Source: Ignavibacteria bacterium
GTDB lineage: Bacteria > Elusimicrobiota > Endomicrobiia > PHAN01
Direction: 5' to 3'
Length of the DNA stretch: 27,779 bases
Assembly (NCBI GenBank): GCA_041694835.1
Contig: JBGFRZ010000069.1
Coordinates: 1 to 27,779 of the forward strand
Positions 17,157-24,536 of this stretch are shown piece after piece. Each line of letters opens with the position of its first letter. The first letter of the stretch is position 1. The notes under the pieces were generated by a model. It was not told the DNA's origin. It ran no database searches and saw only the letters and a list, made by a program, of their open reading frames with translations. The translations under genes were made by a program, and so were the position numbers.

Positions 17157-18515
17157 TTGCTTTTCAAGACATTAACGAATCAGAGCGAAGGATTGCTTGA
17201 CCTTCCGAAAAATGTTGAAGCCACAAGACTGCGTCTGAGTTTCCTTGACGATTTGGCGTTAAAGACATTGTACGCCTACGGCATAATGACAGGCAGAGAG
17301 ATAAGTGATTTTTTATGTCTACCTTATGAAAACGTGGTCGATAAAATCCTTGAATCGCTCAAGGAAATGAAATACTGCTATACACTGCCTGCCAAAAATA
17401 CTGCTATAACCGATTACTCCGAGTTGGAATACAAGATTACCGACATGGGACTGCATCACGCCCGCGAAGTTATGGACAAAGACCAGTATGTCGGCCCCGC
17501 GCCTGTGTCAATTTCAAGTTACCGCGAAGTTATTGAAAAGCAGAGAAATAAAAGAAGAGTCGTCACTCGTCAGGATTTAAAAAATGCGCTCAAAGACATG
17601 GAAATTTCCGACTCGCTATTGAGGAATCTGACGGTGGCGGTCAATTCGGGCGAATCTATTTTTCTTTATGGCCGTCCCGGCAACGGAAAGACGACCATCG
17701 CGAAACGTTGCGGCGATGTTTTACGGGAAAACATTTTGATACCACATGCCATAGAAATCGACGGACAAGTTATAAGAGTATTAGACCCCGCTTATCACAA
17801 CCATGCGGAAAATGTCGATGTCGCAAAATTTCTGTCAGATGGCGGTTATGTCAAGGATATTTATAAAAAAGCGACTGACGAGAATTACGACAAGCGATGG
17901 GTCTTGTGCAAAAGTCCTTTTGTCGCCGTCGGGGGAGAATTGACTCTAACCGAACTTGATTTGATTTATAATCCTGTGCTAAAATATTACGAGGCGCCGT
18001 TTCAAATAAAAGCAAACGGCGGCGTTCTATTGATAGACGATTTCGGCCGTCAACGAGTTCGTCCCGAAGATATGCTCAACAGATGGATAGTGCCGCTGGA
18101 AGAAAAAATCGATTATATTACGTTGAGCACCGGCAAAAAAGTCGTCATACCAATCGACCAGTTAATCATTTTTTCCACGAATCTAAGAGCCAGTTCTCTG
18201 GGCGATGAAGCGTTTTATCGGCGGCTGAAGAATAAGATATACGTAAGAAATCCGACGAAAGAACAGTTTATCGAGATATTCAAAAACAACTGCAAAAAGT
18301 ACAATTTTCAGTTTTCTATGGAGATGGTCGAGTATCTGATAGAAAAAATCAAAAATACTTCTTCGGGACTGCGTGCGTATTTCTCGCGCGATATACTGAT
18401 AAACGCCGACTCTATCGCCGGCATCACGGGCGAAAGAGGAGAGTCGCGGTCGCTGAGTCGTGAAATCATCGACGAGGCGTTCGAGAATTGCTTCCTCGAA
18501 AAAGAGGAAGAATGA
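17157..18515 (+). CDS. AAA+ family ATPase of unknown function
   Basis: Walker A GRPGNGKT, Walker B LLIDDFGRQ, sensor FSTN, Arg finger AFYRR; TTG start after AGGAG. Confidence 0.85.
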   Translation: MLFKTLTNQSEGLLDLPKNVEATRLRLSFLDDLALKTLYAYGIMTGREISDFLCLPYENVVDKILESLKEMKYCYTLPAKNTAITDYSELEYKITDMGLHHAREVMDKDQYVGPAPVSISSYREVIEKQRNKRRVVTRQDLKNALKDMEISDSLLRNLTVAVNSGESIFLYGRPGNGKTTIAKRCGDVLRENILIPHAIEIDGQVIRVLDPAYHNHAENVDVAKFLSDGGYVKDIYKKATDENYDKRWVLCKSPFVAVGGELTLTELDLIYNPVLKYYEAPFQIKANGGVLLIDDFGRQRVRPEDMLNRWIVPLEEKIDYITLSTGKKVVIPIDQLIIFSTNLRASSLGDEAFYRRLKNKIYVRNPTKEQFIEIFKNNCKKYNFQFSMEMVEYLIEKIKNTSSGLRAYFSRDILINADSIAGITGERGESRSLSREIIDEAFENCFLEKEEE

Positions 18516-18524
18516 TAAAGAGAG

Positions 18525-18825
18525 CGAATAGTAGATAGCAGATAGGGGATAGTAAAAAATAGGCAATAGGGAATAGGGAATAGTGACTGGTGGATGGTGA
18601 CTGGAAAAAGCAGTAATCGGTAATCGGTGATCAGTAATCAGTAACGAACAACGAGCCACGAGCCACTTACTATTGAAATTGATTGAAACTTGTAGAAATT
18701 TGTCGTTGTTTGTTTTTCATCTTCAATAAATTTCAAACAGTTTCTAATAATTTCAATCCCGCCTTGGCGGGATAAATTTCGTGAGCATAGCAAACATATT
18801 TCACGAGCGATAGCGAACATATTTC
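18525..18825. repeat. Repeat-rich spacer: heptamer mosaic, inverted decamer arms and REP-like palindromes
   Basis: Heptamers 18525-18670; inverted arms 18672-18701 / 18728-18757; ATCCCGCC-TT-GGCGGGAT 18756-18773; ~22-bp tandem pair 18776-18825. Confidence 0.75.
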
Positions 18826-18856
18826 CATTTATTTCTGTGCTCTGACCACTGACTCT

Positions 18857-19129
18857 ATGGAAATAATAAACTCCGTTGCGATAGTCGTAATATTGTTTTA
18901 TCTTTCAAATCTGCAAAAGAGCATACTTCTTCGTATGGCAGGAAGAATTTTTGCCGCGTTTTTATCTTCGTATTTGTTATTGACTTTTGTCAGAACATAT
19001 ACGCATAAACAATTCAGGACGCTCGAAAAAATTAGGCCGCAAAATATCCTTGAAGAAACAAGAAGGGCGCAGGAAGAAATAAACAGAATGCTAAAAGAAG
19101 TAGAGAGAACTCTCAAAGAAACTAAATGA
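18857..19129 (+). CDS. Hypothetical small membrane protein with a C-terminal coiled coil
   Basis: Two hydrophobic segments and a charged helical tail; ATGA overlap with the next gene. Confidence 0.6.
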   Translation: MEIINSVAIVVILFYLSNLQKSILLRMAGRIFAAFLSSYLLLTFVRTYTHKQFRTLEKIRPQNILEETRRAQEEINRMLKEVERTLKETK

Positions 19130-19914
19130 ACCATAAACGATTGATGTGCTTACTCCTGGCGGTTGCATCTCAGGGTTTCGGGTGGGTGCCTCGCAGAATC
19201 CCGACTGATGCGATTGTCATAGTTTCTGTCGCAGGTAAGGATTTTGAGATGGTGCCAGACAGGAAAGAGATATCGCGGCTTATTGACAAGTTGTCGGATG
19301 AGAGAGCAAGAATTATAGTGTTTGACATTCTCTTTGATAAACGCACAGCGGATGACACTCGCCTTATAAACTCGCTTAAAAGAAGTAAGGCGAGAGTGGT
19401 TTTTCCGGGAATTTTCAGAAACGATGTTCTAAGAAAACCGCACAGAAATTTTGAGAGACATGTCGCTGCTGGGACTATATACATCGCAAAAGACGAAAAA
19501 AGGACAGTCGGAAAATTTGAACCATACGGGCATCCGTCGGGAGTGTCGATTGCATACATGTCGGCGTTGCTATATCTTGGATACGAGCCGTCCAGAATAC
19601 AATCAGAACCGTATATAGTCGAAATCACGCCCGATGAAACGTATGTGCTGGTTTTTGACGATTACAGATTGGACATTTCCGGCGATAAATTTTTGGAAAT
19701 GCTCCATCTGGGCGAAGGGAATTTATTTAGAGTGATAACAAGCGAAGATGTTTTGAGCGGCAATTTTGAAAAAGGAAGTTTCGAAGATAAAATAGTCATT
19801 GTTGAGTTTATAAGTGAGATGCTGCCGAGTCGCTACAAGACGGAAGCGGGTGAATTTTCCCGCGCCGAAATCATCGGGCGTCAAATATACAGCATCTGGC
19901 AGTTAATTCGCTGA
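19126..19914 (+). CDS. Stand-alone CHASE2-like domain protein
   Basis: Signal peptide; IVIVSV, LIDKLSDERARIIVFDILFD, FEDKIVIV pattern; no output domain. Confidence 0.7.
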   Translation: MNHKRLMCLLLAVASQGFGWVPRRIPTDAIVIVSVAGKDFEMVPDRKEISRLIDKLSDERARIIVFDILFDKRTADDTRLINSLKRSKARVVFPGIFRNDVLRKPHRNFERHVAAGTIYIAKDEKRTVGKFEPYGHPSGVSIAYMSALLYLGYEPSRIQSEPYIVEITPDETYVLVFDDYRLDISGDKFLEMLHLGEGNLFRVITSEDVLSGNFEKGSFEDKIVIVEFISEMLPSRYKTEAGEFSRAEIIGRQIYSIWQLIR

Positions 19915-20121
19915 TGTGAAGAAATATAAGGAAAATAGCCACGGATTACACTGAGAATACGGAAAAAGACATCAGAAGGAAATTCAGTGCTCCCGTGCTT
20001 CAGTGATTTTCAGTGTATTCAGTGATAAGATAAAAGAAAATTGCCGAAGGAAAAAGGGAAATTAAAAAAATGGAATATTTTTGAGGAACACCCACTCTAA
20101 TATAGTGGAGGGGTAAGTGAT

Positions 20122-20541
20122 ATGAGTTGCGATAGGTACAGAATAATGATATCAACGGATTCGGACGGCGAGTTAATCGGCGACTTGAAAAGGAAGTTGT
20201 CCGAACACTTAAACGGTTGTGCCGAGTGCAACAAATTAATCCAATTTTACAAAAACCAGAAGAAAATTGTTTCGACGCATAAACCGGCATTAAACCATTC
20301 TAACGCTCAAGTGTCTGTTTGGCGCCAAGTTAAAAGAAAATTGTCGCATCTGGAAAAAGCAAGGGATAAGGTGTACCGGAATATTTATTATCAACTCGGG
20401 TTGGCGTTTACTATGGTAATGATTCTAATTCCGGAAGATATTTCCAAGACATTTGCGGCTATAGTATTTCTCTATAGCGTTCTGCACCTTTACATATACG
20501 GATATGCTTCCAAAAATTATTATGAAAATACGGCCACCTAA
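20122..20541 (+). CDS. zf-HC2 (anti-sigma-type zinc finger) membrane protein
   Basis: MSCDRYRIMIS..SDGEL....HLNGCAEC; two C-terminal hydrophobic segments; GGAGG RBS. Confidence 0.75.
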   Translation: MSCDRYRIMISTDSDGELIGDLKRKLSEHLNGCAECNKLIQFYKNQKKIVSTHKPALNHSNAQVSVWRQVKRKLSHLEKARDKVYRNIYYQLGLAFTMVMILIPEDISKTFAAIVFLYSVLHLYIYGYASKNYYENTAT

Positions 20542-20779
20542 TTTTACACCGTTAGAAGTAATTCCCGACAAGTCGGAGCTGCCCCCCGATTTATCGGGGG
20601 GACTTCTAACGGGGTTTATCAACGACGAATCTGCGCAAGGGACGGTCGAATATATTCTGGTGGCGGCGCTGTGTTTTATTGTCGGCATCGGCATAACTGA
20701 AATTTTCAGAACGGCACTGCAACTATCATTTGCAAAACTTGCTTTGCACAGGGCGGGCCCCATAGGGATAAAGCCATGA
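20522..20779 (+). CDS. Flp-like minor pilin with a palindromic insertion in its leader
   Basis: FINDESA|QGTVEYILVAALCFIVGIG prepilin motif (E at +5, Y at +6). Start uncertain (ATG 20504 or 20522). Confidence 0.7.
   Translation: MKIRPPNFTPLEVIPDKSELPPDLSGGLLTGFINDESAQGTVEYILVAALCFIVGIGITEIFRTALQLSFAKLALHRAGPIGIKP
20546..20615. repeat. 70-bp palindromic element, copy A
   Basis: ACACCGTTAGAAGT...ACTTCTAACGGGGT (13/14 inverted match) enclosing hairpins CCGAC-AA-GTCGG and CCCCCCGAT-TT-ATCGGGGGG. Confidence 0.85.
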
Positions 20780-21309
20780 GTTTCCATAAGCGGTTTTTTA
20801 AAAAAATCAAGTGTAAAAAGGGGCAAGCAACCGTTGAAACGATGCTAATGGGGTTGCCTTTCTTGTTGATAGTTGGCTTTGGGATGATACAGTTGTCTAT
20901 GATATTCGTCGGATGGTATCGTGCAAACGAATCCGCATTTCAGGGCGTAAGAGTCGCGATGGCACATCCCCGCAAGTCCGCTTCCGCTTGTTTGAGCGCT
21001 GCCGAGTCGGCGATAGATTTTGTGCTATTTCCGGGAATTGGCGTCAGAAAAGACAAAGTCACGATATATCAAGAGGATCTAGAAAAGAGAAACGAAGGCG
21101 GGGGCAATGTCTTCGTCCGGTGGTTTTCTGTTCATTTGTATTATAGCCAAGGCATAATAACCTCATCTTTCATAGGAAGTTTTTTGAACATAATTCGTCC
21201 GTTTCGCGCGGGCGGTGGGCAGGTCTCAAGTGTTACTCACGCAAGAATGGTAAAACCCTACCACACGGATTATTATATAAAAGGATACAAGGGGGCAAAC
21301 GCTTGGTGA
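20776..21309 (+). CDS. tadE: TadE-like pseudopilin
   Basis: Basic leader KKG|QATVE, hydrophobic helix, then ANESAFQGVR. Confidence 0.75.
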   Translation: MSFHKRFFKKIKCKKGQATVETMLMGLPFLLIVGFGMIQLSMIFVGWYRANESAFQGVRVAMAHPRKSASACLSAAESAIDFVLFPGIGVRKDKVTIYQEDLEKRNEGGGNVFVRWFSVHLYYSQGIITSSFIGSFLNIIRPFRAGGGQVSSVTHARMVKPYHTDYYIKGYKGANAW

Positions 21310-21313
21310 GATT

Positions 21314-22468
21314 ATGGATAAATTAAAGTTTTTTTTAACGTCTTTTACCCCGTTAGAAATTATGAGACTCTCAAAGATAATTGGAAGTTTTGGGTATCAG
21401 AAATTTCTAACGAGGTTCACTTCGCGCCGATTGCGTTCGCAGAACGGGCAAGTAATGCCGTTTTTCTTTATGCTGATGATAACGGTGATTCTTTGCTGGT
21501 TTATGATGCTCAATGTCGCCCGTCTTACATATGAAAGAATAGCGATGCAGAATGCCGCCGACAACGCCGCTTTGTCCATTGCTACTTACAGAGCAAGGGT
21601 TTTAAACAAACTCGGTGTTTTAAATCATTTAATTGGAACACTATTGTTTGGCACGGAAACAGGTCTTGCCAAATATCATGTTGGCGGCGCTTTCGCGGGA
21701 CCTTATGGCGTATGTTCTCCCGTTCCTTTGTATGTTCCGATGCTTGTCATAGATAACCAGAAAAAAGTCGCGAGTGTTCCGGATATAATGTTACTTGGCA
21801 TACCTAAATGCGGGATGGGGACGAAGAGTGGCAGCGATGATACGAGTAGAGTCGTTTCAGCAACAAGAAATCTTGTGAAAGGTATGGTAACGGCGCAGGA
21901 TAGTTTTCGCCTTCCATTTCCCGGTCTTGCAGTTATTTTTGGTCAAAAAATTGCCAGGGACCATGGGGCAGAAGCGGCGCTTATCGATCCTGGGACATTG
22001 CCATTGGGACTTAAAAGAAACGAAAGAGGCATAGAATACTTCAAATCAAAGACAGCATACTTTAGCCTTCCGCCGATTCCCATTGTTTTGCCCCCGGGGC
22101 TACATGGACATCTTTGGTGGCCGGAAAAATATGCCGATGAAAAAAAATCCTGGCTTTATATTGAAGACAGAGACAAATTCGATAAAGGACTCAAAGTTAC
22201 CGTGGTGGCCAATAGATTTTCTTCGGCGGCCGGATTTCCCATCGGAGCAAATTTATTCGGAATTGCCTGGCCGCCTTTTATTACAGTCGCTTCGGCTGCT
22301 GCTTATAATCCCGACGATAACATCAAATTAACTGGTTCAGATGGCCCGATGTTTCCCACAAAGGAAGAAGATAAAATCAGCCCCGTTATCAGGTCATATA
22401 GAAATGCTGAAAACCCCGGATGGCGAGTGCATTTGGTTCCCGTCGATGCGATGGGGGTTGACCATTGA
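21314..22468 (+). CDS. tadG: TadG-like pilus assembly protein with a palindromic insertion in its leader
   Basis: NG|QVMPFFFMLMITVIL...ERIAMQNAADNAALS Tad-domain motif. Confidence 0.78.
   Translation: MDKLKFFLTSFTPLEIMRLSKIIGSFGYQKFLTRFTSRRLRSQNGQVMPFFFMLMITVILCWFMMLNVARLTYERIAMQNAADNAALSIATYRARVLNKLGVLNHLIGTLLFGTETGLAKYHVGGAFAGPYGVCSPVPLYVPMLVIDNQKKVASVPDIMLLGIPKCGMGTKSGSDDTSRVVSATRNLVKGMVTAQDSFRLPFPGLAVIFGQKIARDHGAEAALIDPGTLPLGLKRNERGIEYFKSKTAYFSLPPIPIVLPPGLHGHLWWPEKYADEKKSWLYIEDRDKFDKGLKVTVVANRFSSAAGFPIGANLFGIAWPPFITVASAAAYNPDDNIKLTGSDGPMFPTKEEDKISPVIRSYRNAENPGWRVHLVPVDAMGVDH
21347..21416. repeat. 70-bp palindromic element, copy B
   Basis: ACCCCGTTAGAAATT...AATTTCTAACGAGGT (14/15 inverted match); interior unrelated to copy A. 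Confidence 0.85.
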
Positions 22469-22473
22469 AAATT

Positions 22474-22950
22474 ATGTTTAGGAAAAAACCAAAATCCAAA
22501 GGTCAAGCCATCGTCGAGATGGTGTTGTTGCTGTTGGTGGTGGCGCTGATTTCAGTTTTGATTATATGGTTTGGATTTGCTTACTCGATAAAACATATGC
22601 TATTGACTGCGGCCCGATACGGGACGGATATGATTGCTTACACCGACCAGAGCGCAACACCCGCTTCGAGGGTGAAAGAAATGGTGACGCATTATTTGAC
22701 GCATCAGTGGATTGTCGGGTTGAGATTAAATCCGGACAGATTGACCATCAATGTGGAAGACAACAGATACCCGAGGATTACTCATTTTTGCGCCGCTTGG
22801 AGGCCCATCAATTTTCAAAGATCGTCCGTTGAAGTGTCTTTCAGATTTGACACACCTCGGATGTTCACGGTTTTTGGAGCGAACGTGCCCCCGCATATTA
22901 CCATAACGGAACGTTCCGAAGTGATAGCCGGCACCGGCGCCCCCCTTTGA
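22474..22950 (+). CDS. tadE: TadE-like pseudopilin
   Basis: KSKG|QAIVEMVLLLLVV...LLTAARYG. Start is ATG 22474 or TTG 22465. Confidence 0.8.
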   Translation: MFRKKPKSKGQAIVEMVLLLLVVALISVLIIWFGFAYSIKHMLLTAARYGTDMIAYTDQSATPASRVKEMVTHYLTHQWIVGLRLNPDRLTINVEDNRYPRITHFCAAWRPINFQRSSVEVSFRFDTPRMFTVFGANVPPHITITERSEVIAGTGAPL

Positions 22951-23126
22951 AGAAATAGTAGATAGGGAATAGGAGATGAATGAAACGAATTTGGGGGATC
23001 AATCGGGATGTCAATAAAGCAAATTCACACAATAATGTAAAAATGTGGCCCCCAATTCATTGGGGGTGAGCCCCCGCGCGCAGTAAATATGCGGGATAAA
23101 CTCTGCGAATAGGAGGTGAGAAAGTT

Positions 23127-23303
23127 ATGATGGACATAATCAAGAGATTCGCGAAAGAAGAAGAAGCCCAGACGCTTACCGAGTATATGTTGATAATAGC
23201 GCTCGTTGCCATCGCAACTTTTGCCGCTCTGCGAGCGTTCGGCGTCAGTTTGAGAGGTTTGATAGGTCTTGCGACCGCCAAAGTTGCGGAAGCGATGGGA
23301 TAA
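23127..23303 (+). CDS. flp: Flp family type IVb major pilin (58 aa; absent from the ORF track)
   Basis: Translated by hand: MMDIIKRFAKEEEA|QTLTEYMLIIALVAIATFAALRAFGVSLRGLIGLATAKVAEAMG*. Strong AGGAGGTG RBS; lies directly upstream of cpaB. Confidence 0.93.
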   Translation: MMDIIKRFAKEEEAQTLTEYMLIIALVAIATFAALRAFGVSLRGLIGLATAKVAEAMG

Positions 23304-23350
23304 TAATCGCGCGAGAAAAAAAGTATCATCCGTCCAGAGAATAGAAATAA

Positions 23351-23389
23351 TACCCATCTCCGAATGGGGGTGGGTGTTGTTTCTTTTTT
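23351..23389 (+). terminator. Probable intrinsic terminator after flp
   Basis: Stem-loop TACCCATCTCC-GAAT-GGGGGTGGGTG (includes G-U pairs) followed by TTGTTTCTTTTTT. Confidence 0.7.
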
Positions 23390-23408
23390 CTGTTTTTTTG
23401 TCATTTAA

Positions 23409-23417
23409 TGCTATAAT
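23409..23417 (+). promoter_or_regulatory. Extended -10 promoter upstream of cpaB
   Basis: TGCTATAAT about 105 bp before the cpaB ATG. Confidence 0.5.
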
Positions 23418-23523
23418 GAAATTGGAAAAACAAGTAATCGGTGATCAGTTATCAGTCATCAGTAGCGGCGATGTTATTCATTGTTCATAATTCATATTCA
23501 CTATTCGCATAGGAGGAATCTGT

Positions 23524-24441
23524 ATGAACGCTAAAAAGCATATTCTGATAGGAATAGGATGCAGCGTTTTTGCAGCGATTCTTTTTGGAGTGTATCTTGT
23601 CAATCTCGAACAAAAATACAGAGGTGACACCGAAAGGGTTCCGGTTCTTGTGGCGTCAAGGTATATAGACCAAGGGGCTGTTATCACCGACAAAAATACA
23701 AAAGAAATAAAAGTTCCAAAAGAATTTTTGCAACCTACATCGATTGCTTCTCATAAGGATATTTTTTCAATGGAAAAAACCACCTATCCGGTCCCAGTAT
23801 ATATGTCGATACTTCCGATAATGGAAGAGGAACAAATAATCGCCAGTAAACTCTGGATGATTGGCAGAGAAGCGGGGCTTTCAATGATTATCCCTTCGGG
23901 AATGAGGGCCATTACGCTCGTATTTCCGCGCGCCGAAGTGTCCAATGTTCTGATGCCCGGCAATTTTGTCGACATCATGGGTATTTTTGAAGTAGGAGCA
24001 GAAGGACGAGCCGAGCAAACAGTGGCGACATTGGTTCAAAATGTGCAAGTCCTTGCCGTCGGGCGGTCAATGATAGGAGCGGCCATCCAGCCGGCCCGGG
24101 TTGTCAGAAGGGACAGAGTGGAGACGGCATTGGTGGCTGAAGAGACGGCTTTTGAAATTCCCGTCACATTGGCAGTTACGCACGAAGACGCCGAGTTGAT
24201 ATCGCTCGCCAAAAAAGCGGGCGAAGGAATACATCTGGCTATCAGGTCGCCTGGGGACACGAGCGTACTTGAGAGAGGAGCCAGATTGACCATAGGTAAA
24301 ATTTTAGGTGAAGCGGGAAGAAGTGCCGAAGGTTCGGAAAAACGCGCCCGTCGCCAGCCAACTGTCCCGAGAGAGCAGATAGAAGCCATCGAGCGGCATA
24401 AGAAAGAAGTGGAAGAAATGTTAAGAAGACACGGAAGATGA
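23524..24441 (+). CDS. cpaB: Flp pilus assembly protein CpaB/RcpC
   Basis: TM segment, SAF-like VLVASRYIDQG, IPSGMRAIT, LMPGNFVDI, VQNVQVLAVG, VTLAVT; AGGAGG RBS. Confidence 0.92.
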   Translation: MNAKKHILIGIGCSVFAAILFGVYLVNLEQKYRGDTERVPVLVASRYIDQGAVITDKNTKEIKVPKEFLQPTSIASHKDIFSMEKTTYPVPVYMSILPIMEEEQIIASKLWMIGREAGLSMIIPSGMRAITLVFPRAEVSNVLMPGNFVDIMGIFEVGAEGRAEQTVATLVQNVQVLAVGRSMIGAAIQPARVVRRDRVETALVAEETAFEIPVTLAVTHEDAELISLAKKAGEGIHLAIRSPGDTSVLERGARLTIGKILGEAGRSAEGSEKRARRQPTVPREQIEAIERHKKEVEEMLRRHGR

Positions 24442-24536
24442 TATAATCACAGTTCACGGACCATAGTCCACAGTCCACAGATTCCGTCGACTATGGACAA
24501 GTTGTTTCCGTGGACTATTGACTATGGACCAAATAA

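Noticed and set aside
20546-21416. Integron attC sites (GTTAGA / TCTAAC boxes)
   Set aside because: Box order is opposite to attC (RYYYAAC...GTTRRRY), the consensus match is imperfect, the elements lie inside ORFs, and no integrase is present.
22960-23126. c-di-GMP riboswitch upstream of flp
   Set aside because: Plausible from context, but I could not find the GGCAAA...GAAA...GACGCAAA class I core or class II features by eye; an Infernal scan would decide.
23025-23490. ORFs 23025-23357(-), 23057-23404(-), 23269-23490(+)
   Set aside because: They conflict with the clear flp gene (23127-23303), its RBS and its terminator.
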